Below, in pieces: positions 39,090 through 51,828 of a stretch of 64,000 nucleotides of DNA; positions within the stretch are counted from its first letter, which is position 1, and every line of letters starts with the position of its first letter. Both the position numbers and the translations under genes were made by a program. Source of the DNA: Hyphochytrium catenoides (Eukaryota; Protista; Hyphochytriomycota); assembly GCA_900088475.1 (NCBI GenBank), contig FLMG01000988.1, positions 186,655-250,654 on the forward strand. Reading direction: 5' to 3'. The notes beneath the pieces were generated by a model. It had not been told where the DNA came from, made no database searches, and worked only from the letters and a program-made list of their open reading frames with translations.

Positions 39090-40529
39090 CTAGTGCTCCT
39101 CCTCCTCGCAGTGCTTCTTATACTGCTGCTCATCTAAGAGACCCTTCAACTCATCCTTATCAGAGAGCTTCAAAATATAGAAGTTGAAATGTATTAGCAG
39201 CGGACATTGAAAGACATTAGACACAAGAGCTGAAAGTACAGAGCCGCACGGAGCAGGGAGCATAAGGGGTTAGAAGACAGGATCATCAGAAAGCACACAC
39301 AAAGACACCAAAGGCGCGAGAAGTGACTAGAAATAAGAGCAAGAACCGAGAGTTGGCCAGCCGGTGGCCTATAGTTACAGCCTTTACCTTGATCTTCATG
39401 ACCCAGCCCTTGTCAAGAGGAGACTCATTAATGAGCCCAGGATTGTCCGAGAGGGCCTAATATGTTCATTTGAGCGATGAGAGACTGGTCGCCTTTCCTG
39501 ATAATGTTCTCCCTGTGTCATCATCTCCTTCCTCGACATCCCCAGCACCCTAGCAACTGACTCTGCTGGCGCTAACGCTCCCTTTCTCTAGTTCCGTTCC
39601 AGATCATTCCATCTCTCTGTCCCCCTTAACCATTGTTTCTTGGTCAACTTACGTCATTGGCGCCTACAATCTCTCCGCTAACGGGAGCGTACAGGTCACT
39701 TGCAGCCTTAACAGACTCCACAGACCCAAAGGTATCACTGGATATGATCTTGGTCAGCGACGGCCAGCAAGAAGTTTACAGCTCGAGGAGTATGTGAAGA
39801 GAGGAGACAAGGAACTATAGACTTGCTCGAGGAAACGTCAAGAAGAAAAAGAGAACTTATGGAGAGTCGAGAGACTAACGGCTATCGTCCTGGTCCTTTC
39901 GCCTACTGTGTAGCCCACCCAGGTCGACGCATCGGACTTGCCAGAGAAAGAGACAGGAAGCGAGAGAGAGGTATAGAGAGGGAGAGACAGAGATCCTACT
40001 TACCCTTTGGAGACGGAATCCCCGACATTGGGCAGCTCAACGTAAACCACATCCCCGAGCTGGTTCTGAGCAAAGTCAGTGATGCCGACTGTCCCTACAT
40101 CTCCCGAGAGCTGTCGACAGTGTAATTTCAGAGACCAACCGCTTATAATGGCTGCCGTGTCTCCTTGCTACAGCCTTCTTCCCTTGTATGACCATACAAA
40201 CCGTTTGCTACGCCCTTATAGTTCCATCACCCACGTCTCCCACTCTCCCAAATGCTCCTCTCACGTCACTTTCTCTTCCTCCCTGTGCATCTTCAGCTGG
40301 TCTTAAACAATATGGCAGCTCTTGTCGTGAGGACGCAGCTCCGTTACTGAGTGGCTGCCTCTCAGGTTTGCTCCCTTGGTCTTACCTTCACATACTCGTG
40401 CTCCTTGGTATAGTAGGTAGACATAGCGCGGAAGCCTCTGGGGGCATTGGCCCTCACTGCCGTCGCACCGGGGCAGAAAGCGGGAGAGACCGCTCTGGCG
40501 ACCACACAGCGAGCACGAGAGAGCAACAT
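39090..40529 (-). CDS. GCSH: glycine cleavage system H protein, mitochondrial, multi-exon
   Basis: Arg/Ala-rich transit peptide, [52 protein letters not shown] (lipoyl Lys), [16 protein letters not shown]. Confidence 0.96.
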
Positions 40530-40959
40530 GTTTGACTGCTTCGACAGAAAGAAAGGCGCGGAACGAGAGGAAGAGAACAGGGAGATCAAGAGCAAAGGGC
40601 AAAGAAGTGTTTGTCGACAACAGGAGAGACAGACGGAGAGAGAGAGATGTGGTCAGCTGGAGGTCTATCACCCCGTAAGGATCTTAAAAGCTTTTGTTGG
40701 CTATCTTACCGGGAAAGAGAAGGCACAGCAACGGGGGAGAACACGGCGAGGCACAAGTGGAGACTGAGAGGTGGCGACGAGAGCTGATGGTCAGGCAAGC
40801 CACGTCTGACAGAGAGGAGAAGAGGACGAAAGGAGGGAAGCGAGGAAAGAGGAAAGACATACAAAGAGAAGTGATGAGAGAGAGGGAGATCAAAGAGACA
40901 GAGAGAGTGGCGTTCCCAACCGTTGACAGGCAGAGAAAGTGTGCGAGAAATAGACAAAG

Positions 40960-41040
40960 AGAGGAAGGAGAGAGAGAGACAGAGAGAGAGAGACAAACAG
41001 AGAGAGAGAGAGAGAACTACCTAGAGAGTGACCGAGAGCG

Positions 41041-41088
<48 letters not shown>

Positions 41089-41112
41089 GAGGGAGAGGGA
41101 CAGAGAGGAGAG
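40960..41112. repeat. (GA)n microsatellite upstream of GCSH
   Basis: GA tract seen directly; GA-rich sequence extends back to about 40600. Confidence 0.9.
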
Positions 41113-41301
41113 AAGCCAAAAAGGGATCTTCAAGACCCAGTCAGCACTTGCTGCTCTTTCGAAACATTCAGAGAAACATTACTGCTACTTTCACCCTTTT
41201 ACTATTATGAGTAACTTGAAGTATTCCCACTGATGCATTGAAACATTCATGACTGGAGTTGACCAGGTTTGATTGATGGTTTTGGTGCCAGTGGACGGAG
41301 A

Positions 41302-41420
41302 CGGACAGGCGGGCAGCAGGCAGCAGGGCAGAGAAGGCAGGGCAGAGCGGGGAGCAGGGCGAAAGGAAGGCAGGGCAGAGCAGGCAGCCGGGCCTGGCGC
41401 AGGACACGCAGCAGCCGGAG
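41302..41420. repeat. GC-rich (GGCA/GGGCAG) low-complexity tract
   Basis: ggcagcaggcagcagggcagagaaggcagggcagagc..., with almost no T on the + strand. Confidence 0.75.
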
Positions 41421-41727
41421 ATAGCTTGTAGGGAGGCAGGCGAGAAACGTTGCGGCAGAGGCGAACGACCCTGGGAGCATCCACAGCAGAGAGAGCCAGC
41501 CGCCCTACTATGAGGTGGGAGATAGTGAGAGAGGCTATTACAAGTTCAAAGATACGCATATGGAGACTGCTGAGGAGAGTTGTATGATCCCTGCAGAGAG
41601 TAGGACCAGAGGAGAGCTAAGTGTCCTCAAAGCAGCGACGTTAACCATCATGTTCGGCCTTCATTGTCAATAGAAGCTTGTCTAATAAGCCTTATATAGA
41701 GGGCGGCCAACTTTCAGCTAACCCTGC

Positions 41728-44700
41728 CTAAGCATTCATGGAGACTAGCCCCAACGTCTCCTCTCCTACTTTGCTGAGTGTACAGATAACGCAAACGGAG
41801 TTTCTAAAGCTGGGGAGATAGTGAGAGGCACAGTATGGGCACTTGACGGTCTCACTGCCTCTGTAGACTGGAGTGAGTGATCCAGCGCACAGAACGAACG
41901 GCTTAGAAGGGTCGTAGGCGAGCTGGTGCTCGTTGCGGGCCTCTTGCTCACTCTTCTGGAGGATTTTGCGTGTCTGTAGAAGGACGAGGATGAGGATGAT
42001 AGAGTAGCGTCATGAGCCCATAACGCCAGACTAAAGACCGCCACATAGAGTCCGAGCCGCACACAGTACTTGGAGCTAACAGAGCAGAGGTAAAGGTGGA
42101 AGAGAGCACAGCAGAACCTTGTCCACACGGGCGAACAGACGAAAAGACGGTCAAAGGACCAAGGATGAACGCCCAGATGATGACAGCCTACCTTGTTCCT
42201 AAGGTCTGCATTCCTTTCACTAGCCACGTCAGGGAGCTCTAACAGCCTCCTGGCAAACGAAGCGGTCAGGATGAAGTCCTTGGATTTGTACGCCGCGGTC
42301 ATCGCCATCTTGAGAGCCAGGAGAAGGTGAGCAGGCTGAAGGTTGCAATGGGTGAAGTAGGCAGCCAACTCCACGCTTCGTACGTCCTCCTTGTGATCTC
42401 CCATAGCGATCTTGAGCCTGATCGCAGTCAGATACTCCCTGCAGTTGCTCAGAATATCCTTCACCTCTGCAACTTCCTGCCTTGTGTCTACACAAGCGAA
42501 GGGTAGAGAGAACACTGTCCCTTCGAATTCACTCTTGGCCTCTGAGAAGCGGCCCGCGGTGAAGGAAGAGAAAGCCTGCCTCACTCTTTCCTGAAGGTCC
42601 TTCAATGTAGTGGCAACCATAGGAAGAGACTTCGGCCCTGGATTTCCCCCCTGCGCATTGCGTAGAATAAAGCTCCGAAGAGATGGTACGGAAGCCAGCG
42701 AAGGCAGAGAAGCTGAAGCGCCGGCGTGGATGGAGAGGAAGAAGGGCTTCAGAGGCTGGAAGTTAACGACCCCAATTTGACGATGGAGGAGCTGTGAGAA
42801 GAGGTTAAGGAGTTAATCAGAGCTCAGGGACGAAGAATAGGCAGGGGGATGGGTACAGATAACGGATAAGGTATGGGAAAGAACGACAACGAAAGAGGTG
42901 GTCATCAAAGCGAGAGCGACGCAGGAAGAGAGAGACAGAGACACACAGCGAAAGAAGATTGTACGACTCAGCCAAAGACAATAATCCAGTTGCCATGTCC
43001 CTAAACTATCATCTCTTTCTTCCTCCTCCACCAAGCGACTCCCCATTGCCTCTATCTTTACTCGTGTTCATCTACCTGCATGGCAGTCTCGAAGGATCCA
43101 GCGGCAATGTGGTCAGCGGCCAGGGAAGAATTATTGAGCCAGAGCTGCGGAGGCGTAACCCCAGGCGTGGGAGTAGAAAATCCAAAGCCACCGAGGTCAG
43201 GACTGCCAAAGCCATCCCTTCCAGTCTTGTCAACCGTTCCTTTCTCTTCCTCGCCCAGATCCAAGTCGTCCAAATCGTCTCCCAGCTCCCACTCGCCACC
43301 TCCTGCAGCCTGAGGAGATGTAACCTGCTTGGAAGCTGCCCGACCGAAAGTCAAAAAGAAAGTGGAAGGAGGCACTCGAGTGAGAACCCACTGAGAGTTG
43401 AGGGAAAGCCGTATTATGCGTCACATTTAAAGAGGAAGAGAGAGAGANNNNNNNNNNNNNNNNNNNNNNNNNNNNNNNAGAACATGGCGGTATGAGAAGG
43501 AGTAGTTCCCCACCAATTTGTAGAGATCTAGGCCTGAGAGCAAAGGTTGGAAAGATGTACAGAAAGCGTGCGCGCGGGCTTACCTGGTTCTCCAAAGTCG
43601 GCATCAAGCTCATCTTCCCAGCCACCACCACTAGCTACTTGAGGTGGCGCTGGCGCTTGGACCTCTTCCTCCTGAGTGGGCAGGTTTTCCATGGTTATAC
43701 CGCCAGGAACCTCGATGGTAGGCCAGTTGTCGTGGCGGTTGATTGGCGGCGGGGGAAAGAGAAGAGCTGCTGAAGAGGAAGCTTCAGGAATGGGGCTTCC
43801 CGCCGCTTTCAGCTTCTCTTCTAGTCCGATCGCGCTCTCGTCTAGCCTGTGAGTCTTGGCCAGGAGATAGGCCAAGGTAACTGAGTCAAAGGCAAAAGTC
43901 AGATAAGGGCAAACTAACGTAAATAGGTCTCAAGAAGGCAGTCTCCGGTTTCGCCTACAGCCGAAAAAAGGCTGGAAAAATGCAAAGACTGAAGAAAGGA
44001 GCTCAGATGAAGATCTGAACAAGAGGTCGTCCAAGACCGAGGGCACTGCTAAACTTACGCTGGCCGCACTCCTCTAACACCGCCAGTCTTGTCTCTACAT
44101 CCCCTAAGTAGAGGGCATTATGGAAGCGTGACATCACATCCTTCCGCATCTCTGCGATCTTCAGCATCTTGCTAAGCTTGTCAACGTTGCCCGTCAGTAG
44201 ATAGAGGAAAGAGAGCCGGTCAAAGTCCTTGGTGCGCTGATAGCAAATCTCAACCACCTGCGATCCAGACAGATTGAGACATAAGCCGACTGACTAGAGC
44301 AAAAGAAATTCCGAAAGATTCAGAAACGACCGGACTAAGAGAGAGAGAAGATATACTGGGAGGATATAGAGGATATTCCAAGTGCTGTGAAGAAGACTGC
44401 TTCCACCTGAAGATTGCCCTGTCTGAAAGCTTCAGCTCCTAGACGATGCCAGCATTCATCATCCCCAAGCTCAATGGCAGAATTGAGAGCCACCTCAAGG
44501 TTGCCACAAGCAAGAGCTAGGGAAAATCGTGTCTTCTCATCGTCTACAAAGTGGAGGGCCACTTCTGGGCAGCCTTTATCCTTGAGATAAGAGATAATCG
44601 CCTGGCCGCATAACCGAGAGTTCCGGATCATGCGCATTACATCTCCATATTGCTTCTTGTGCAGAGCTTGCTTGAAGGCACATTCTAACGACATGACAAT

Positions 44701-47657
44701 GGAGGGAGAGAGGGTTGGACGTCAGCCAATCTCAACCTTGGGGAAGCAAAGAGACACGCTAGTGAGAGAAGATGAGAGCTAAGTAAGCGGGAGAACATCC
44801 AGAAAAGAGAGTATGAGAAGCCCGAGACATGAGAGAAGGTGAGAAACCTGTCATATCGATTGCCAAGGTTCTAGGCTTGCAGTCGCGGTCAAGACAATGC
44901 AAGTTGTTTCCATCGACAGCAGTGAGGTACACAGGTACATCCAAACTTCGAATGATACCGCGGTCGCTGCGACCATATCAGAACAGAATAGACTCAGCAT
45001 GCATATCAAGATCAGAGAGATATTGAAGAGAGAAGGAGCAGGAGAGCCGTGCAGCCAGATGAAGAGATATAACGTCAAGCAAGGGAAAGAGCAGTCAAGT
45101 TGAATGGAACAGGCCGGTCGAGTCTATGCAGCAAAAGAGGGAAAGTGTTGAACAGCGATGGCCCCGCTAGTCATGAATCCCTTACCCGCTAGGTAAGCAG
45201 TACTTGACGTGGTTGAGCGTCGTGTAGATAAAGACAGACTTCTTGGTCCAGATACCGCTCTTCACTCTAATAGTCTCTGTGATGGTGCACTGGTGGTCCA
45301 GCTGGCGGTTCGCGATGATAATGGCTAAAAGGGCAACTTAGTAATAGTCTTTGGAAGCAAGCCAGCGAAAGGGAAGTAGAGGATAGAGCCAGGAGGGAGT
45401 CCTCTTCAGCAGCTAGGAATAGGCACATAATAAGGCCAGGATGCGAAAGCTCGTTGAGTCCATCAGATATAGTTTGAGGAGTACAGAGACGTCATCGGTA
45501 TGTCAACGACAGGAATCGTGCATCTGACTTACAGTGCTTGCCCATGAGCGCCACCTGGGAGCAATCGCTATTCCAAATGACGTACTTAACCCGTGTTGCC
45601 ATGATCTCGGCCAACACCCGTCGGCTCTGATTCTCGAAGAGGATGACCTTATCCTCTGTTCTTAAAAGAAGACGGCCAGCAGTGCCGCCAAAGTACATTC
45701 CGTCCGCACTTCCTCCAGGAGGTGTGATCTTCTTCGTTACCTCGTTCTGGAAGTTCTTAATTGCTATTTGTTTGTCTTTGCCAAGAACTGCAAAACGGTT
45801 CCGTGCTATGAAGACGGCTGCTAAACCCGTGCCTTTGCGGCTTTCCTGGCTATCAATCTGTCCCCCCGCGTCTTTCGAAAAGCAAAGCAGCTCATAAGAC
45901 CCGCCGTCCGAATCCTAGAAAAGAGACAGAGAACCATGTGAGAATGGGGGAAGAGAAGCTGACGTGGGTTTTGCTGAATGCTAGGAGAGGCAGCAACAGA
46001 AGAAAATCATGTGAACCCTCCTTTGCAGACGCGATAGCTAGAGGAAGGGGACGAATAAGCTTCTACGTACCGACATGATGAGCAGATTGTGCTCTGACTG
46101 GTTGTAAGTGTTATAGCTCGCTGTACGGGGTCCAGTGCCCAGGGAACTGCCCTGGCCTCTTCTAAGTGATACCACGGGCACGTCGCGGCCTGTGGGAATA
46201 TCCAGCAGCCTAACATAGCGCTCTTTGCAGTAGAAAACCTTGTTGTCGACGACGTCGTAGGCCGGTCTCTCTCTTTCCAGTTTGAAGACAATCATACCAC
46301 TGTCATGCCCTGAGTGCAGGAAGGGGTAAGAACAGTGACTGGTAAATTTAGGCAAAGTAGCGGACAAAGGAGCTGGGAGGTTCTCAAGCACGCCGGAAAG
46401 CGCCCAGATAAGCAGTCTACTCACCTGCAGCGATGAGGTTTTGATCTGGGTGAGCGGCCAATATCCAGAACCTGTCATTCTCTCGTCTAAAAGTCTGCAC
46501 TCCCATTCTTTTGGAGATGTCCCAAACCCTGATGGAGCGGTCCTCAGAGTTACTGATGATGAGCTCCTGACGAGGATGGAAAATCACGCAGGAAATGTTG
46601 TGGGTGTGTCCTCGCATTGTGTCTACCTCCCACGCTTTCGTTTCTGTAGGCCAGGAATAGGATGGAGGCTTAGTTCATCTTCCACGCTCGTCTATTGGAC
46701 TGCTCCACCAGCTCAATATGTCTTACTCTTACTGTCACTGATGATGCTGTTAGTGCGGCCTCTGAACCCAGTGCCCCACCTTACCGTTCATTCTCCAGAG
46801 TTTGATCTGTCTATCGTCTGACCCTGAAACGATGAGTGGTAGCGATGGGTGGAAGCATGCCCAGTTCACTCCTCTATCATGCCCCTCCAGCACATACTTG
46901 ACCACTGCATCATTGCCACCAAAAAGATCGTTGTTCAGACGAGCCTGCATGCTCTCTTCTGGAGTAGGAGGGGCTCCTCTGACGGTCTTCTTTCTCAACC
47001 CTACGGACCAAAATGAAAGAAGTAAGCACCACGAATCTCCGTGATGCTTGCACAGGTCCCGCGTCCTTGCGCGATACCCTAACCCTCACCTGCCAGATCC
47101 CAGACGCGGACTGTCTGGTCCAATGAGCTTGACACCACGAGATCTTCTTTTGGATGGAATTGTGCACACATCACATAGTGGTTGTGGCCGGTGAGCACAG
47201 AGACACAGGTGCGGCTCTGCCAATTCCAGATGCGGATAGTTTGGTCGTCGGATGCAGTGACAATCCATGGATACTCATGGTGAAACTGGACTGTGCGGAT
47301 GTAGTCCAAGTGCCCTAACAGCGTGAAGAGACATCTCCGAAGCTTGTAATCCCAGACTTTAATCTTATAGTCATCGCCGCCCGAGACGAAGATAGGCTGA
47401 GGACAAGGGGGAGCAGGAACAAGGAATCAAAACATAGAACGGCAACAATCCGAGTAGATTTGTTCTACCTGACTCTTATGGAAGTCCACGCCTCGTACTG
47501 GCCCATCATGCTCATCAAAGCGGTCGATCAAGGAGCCCATTCGGAAGTCCCAGAGCTGGATGACACCATTGTGCAGAGCAGTAAGAATCCATGGCCTGGT
47601 AGGATGAAAGGCTAAGCCTTTGACCCTATTGCTCTTGGACTCAAACTTTGTTAACAT
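41728..47657 (-). CDS. COPA: coatomer subunit alpha, many exons
   Basis: [21 protein letters not shown]40 repeats ([31 protein letters not shown]), [45 protein letters not shown]. Stop at 41730-41728. Confidence 0.98.
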
Positions 47658-48679
47658 CCTTCCCTTGTCCTTATTTCTTATAAAAGGAAGCCACGAGGCA
47701 GCTTATGACCTGCAGATCCAAGCCCGTACCCCGAGAATGAAGGTCGAGGCTGTGCTGCGCCAAAGCTTACGAGTCTACCGACTCAAAATCTAGCAAAGCC
47801 CTTCTCCAGTTCCTCTATCCTCTGCCTCTTTCTCCGCCTAGCTTCCTCTACCCATGGAGATCCTGGAAGAGCTCAATTGTCTTGCTCAGGTTCAGGAAGC
47901 TGTGGACAGATACTCTGCTGGCAGCTTTTGCCTGCCCGCTCTATCTGAAGCTCCAGACTCCAGATCTCTTGAGACAGAGCTCCCTCTTCCCATAGCTAGC
48001 GGCCTCTCAAACCCACTCTACCATCACCAAGGGCAATTCTTCCCTTGCAGGAAACAGTGGGTTTACCCAACTCTGGGGAGAAGAACGGTAACGGCAAGGC
48101 GCTGTGTGTTAGATGCGACGATGGATCCGGAAGGGGGCTGTAGGATAATCTTAATAGCAGAGACGCCTAAGAGAAAGGGGCACTCTGCACTCTTCAAGTA
48201 CAGTAGGCGTGTATCTAGAACATGGTATAGCTTATTCGGCATCTAGCCGGGCTACGTGCGGTTTTGACTGAAGCTGTAAGCGAGTATACAGTGATGTACA
48301 GCGGTCCACAGGTCATTCCCCCAGCGGTCATACACACTCGATGACGCTACTCAGTAGTATCCGATGATGCGCTGATCACTCTGTCACTGGACCGGACAGG
48401 CAACTGTAGGTCCCGCAGCGACAAGAGGCAGATGTTGGAAGTGGAAGGCAAGAGGCGTGACGAAAGAGCTTTGATAGCCAGCAGACAAGCAAATAAGGCA
48501 ATCCCGGAGGTGTGTACAGAAGTAAGTACCTCTTAGATTCTGGAAAGCTTAGGGTTATGGAGTAACGGCAGCGCCGGCGGCTTCTCCTTATCAAACCGGT
48601 GACCGTCGGACAGTAGCTCTGGTCGGAAGTTGATGGCGCTAGAAGAAAGCTGAGTAGTGAACCCGTGTGCCTCCCTCCG

Positions 48680-49671
48680 ATGACCTCTAAGGCAAAGAGT
48701 ATGCTCCTGCTGCAACACCTGCTGCTTGGTGCGAGTGTCATTGCACTTGGTGCGGTATATCTCCTTCCGCTCTACGATAGGGCTTCAGTGGGCCCTGTCA
48801 TCCTGGGTAGCTACTGGGGCTCTTGGCGAGATTACCTCTCTACTCAGCGCTCGGATCAGAAGAATGCTCCACAGCGCTACCGCTATGACTTGGACACTGA
48901 CTTTTGCAATGTAAAACGAGTTGTCATTACTTCAGAGTCAGACTTCATTCGGCGAGTCCTTAATGGCTACGAGCCCAAGATCACTGTCTTCGGAAACACC
49001 TCTGCGAACGTCCACAATCTTGAATTTAGGCAACGAACAGAGCTCAACTCCCTGCTTAAGTCCCACGGGACAGTCCCGGTGAAGCTCAGCTCGTCCAACT
49101 CTTACTCACATGACCGGAAGGAAACATTGCTGCGAGAGTACCTAACCACTATCCTTGAGGATACGGAGGGTTTACAAGGTAAGAGACGACTTCAGTGAGG
49201 GCCAATCGTCCGGGTGCGGTCTATACTGATATATTCCAACGTCCTTGCTAGAGCGCCGAAGTAATGAGACGTATTACTTCTTCGGCGACAACTTCAGGCA
49301 AGAATGGCTAGACCTGATGGGGCACTACCTGCCACCGCCCTTTCGGATAAGCAANNNNNNNNNNNNNNNNNNNNNNNNNNNNNNNNNNNNNNNNNNNNNN
49401 NNNNNNNAGCGAGGTACTTCATGGCAGAAAGCGATGGTTTCTCTATCCTCCCAATCAAGAGCCACCAGGCTTTGATCCTGATGAGCTTCAGCTTCACTGG
49501 CTTAACCGCGTCTACGGCAACCTGGGTCCGCTTCAGCGGCCCCTAGAATGCACAATCCGACCCGGAGAAGTGTTATGGTTCCCGTCGCAATGGCATCACG
49601 CCACCTTGAACTTGGACCCTTACACAGTCTTTGTATCTCTCTTTGTGGAGCAACCAGCAATATCAAGCTAG
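48680..49671 (+). CDS. JmjC-domain protein, JMJD8-like, with N-terminal signal/anchor
   Basis: VKLSSSNSYSH, NETYYFFGDN, SEVLHGRKRWFLYPP, PLECTIRPGEVLWFPSQWHHATLNL. One intron at about 49179-49250. The N gap at 49355-49407 hides the first Fe-binding motif. Confidence 0.88.
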
Positions 49672-49798
49672 TAACACTGTTGACACTATTTATCATCAGT
49701 AGTCCTGAATCTATTACCTGAGGAAATCTATTTCACCTGCTGGGGTTTGTTTTGACAAAGTGGAAGGTTTCTGACTTCGACGATGGATACCATGGGTC

Positions 49799-50177
49799 CT
49801 ATGCCACTTCTACGGAGGCCACCTTGTCCGGTAGCTTGTCGCACTTGAAAACGCCTGAGGGTAGCTTCTTGGCCTGCTCAATAGAGAAGCAAGAGGAAGG
49901 CACTGCTCCGGCCTTGCACCACGTGCATGTCTCAACCTTGTTGCATGCACTTTGATCCTTTAGTGCACGGCAATCTTCACTGAAAAGAGGGGTCACATCT
50001 TGTGCGGTAGAGCGAAGTGCTGTGCATAATGGGCGTTCAATAATCTGTTGATGGAGGCTTAGATATAAAGTTAGGAGCTTCACACTTACACGAGCGCCAG
50101 GCGGATGAACGTTCAGTGAGAGACGCAAAGCACAGTGACGCTAACCACAGTCCTAGTACCAGCGCTTGTCTAGCCAT
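49799..50177 (-). CDS. small secreted cysteine-rich protein (102 aa, 2 exons), function unknown
   Basis: Exon 50177-50090 encodes a signal peptide (MARQALVLGLWLASLCFASLT). After the GT-AG intron 50089-50020, exon 50019-49799 encodes DCRALKDQSACNKVETCTWCKAGAVPSSCFSIEQAKKLPSGVFKCDK. Confidence 0.8.
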
Positions 50178-51828
50178 GTTGCCAAGATATGGACGATAAT
50201 CCTACTTCGTGCTTATGTTCCAGTCAGTTGCTGAAGGGACGGCCTAGGGAGCTTGCTCTTGACACCAGAAGAAATCTGACTGAAACGATCTCCGTCTCCA
50301 TCAAAGAAGATCTTGCCTCTTCTTCATTTGGCACCATCACCTGACTTCAACACCACGAATATCCGAATTTAATGCCACTAAACCTAAGGTTCTCTCACCT
50401 TTACCCTATTTTCGGTCCTACGACAGATCTCAAAGACAGCAATAATAAGATCTCTCTGCTCCGAACTGCAGATCTGGAGGATGAGTTCCGGCAATTCTCC
50501 AAAAAAAAAGTTGTTTCCTGAAGATCTAGGAAGAACTAAGAGAGAACAGAGGTGGCATAGAGGCTTATAAATATTACGCGAGATCGTCCGGGATACTCGA
50601 GCGTGGTAAGAAGAAAGTGAAGAAGGCGAAAGAAGGCTTCTCCAGAAATAGGGCAGAAGGAAAAGAGTCCACAGCAGGTTCTGGAGGAGGAGGTCCGGCT
50701 TCACGAAGGCTCAGCGGCAGTACTAACAACCTCATTAGATTCAAGAGGAGAATGATATCTAGAAGGGTCCTTTGTGAAGTAACGAGGAAGGAAGGGGCAA
50801 GAAGCTGAGGAGGGAGAAGCAGCAAACAGTCTCCCTCCTCAGAAACAGTTGGAGAAGCCGGAAGTCCAAAAAGAGGTGCCAGAGTGGGGGATGTGACGGC
50901 GGAGACGCTTTCGAGAACTGGTTGTGGAGACCGAGCCCTGAATAAAAATGAATTCAGTCGTTGTATGACCTTCCTAGTTTGATAGAGTAACCTTTACAAC
51001 GTAGAATTGTGAGTCAGGGCCCGTGAGACATGTTCCGGTCAACAGTCTCATAACAGCCATTGTTTCCGCCACCACCAACGATGCTGGCCTCCTATACACT
51101 TGCCATTCACCCCTCTTGCCTCCGTCCGGGAATTTTGGTTGTGCGGCGGTTCTGCATCTGTTCTGCTGTCTGCTGATAAACAGAGACGCACTGGAAATAA
51201 CTCTCTGACTTCTAATGGCCTTAGGGAAGAGGTAATTTTATAGAGGAGGAGAGAGACGTGCCTTTTGAAGGTATGGATTCCTTGTCCTGCCCCGCCACCT
51301 AGCTTGTTCATAAACCCGCCATGCCGTTATGCTCGATGCAACTTGCTATGAACATCAGAATGCTTCACTGAAGGACTGTAAGACATTGTTTCCCTCCGAA
51401 AACGTTTGAAGTGGTTAACAATTTCTTAAGGACCTAAGGGCAAGAGGTCAGCTTGTTTGTAGTCGTCGAGCAGCAAAGGCAAGAGGCAAAGAGTCGGACT
51501 GGCAGCGTGGTCAGAGGCTTCGTAGATGCTATGAGGAGCTGGGAAGTAACTACAAGCCGTGATACTTCCAGCTAGATAGATGCCATTATGCAGCAGCGTA
51601 GTAAGAAATGAAAGCGAAGAGGAAGGCCAGCTCTTCATCCAAGGGCAAGGATAGCATCATCTCAACTATGGAGATTGAGGGGGCTCGGAGGATCACCATA
51701 GGAGCTCTTTTCATCCGGCGTGCCTTCCACACGGAACGGTCAAACTCTTGGGATGGACATGAAGCTGATAAATAGTATTCAGTTTATAAATGTGAACTTC
51801 GGACAAGGCTTAACCTTCTGGATAAAGT

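Noticed and set aside
47854-48246. 130-aa ORF in the COPA/JMJD8 divergent gap
   Set aside because: No recognisable motifs, and it lies in a probable bidirectional promoter.
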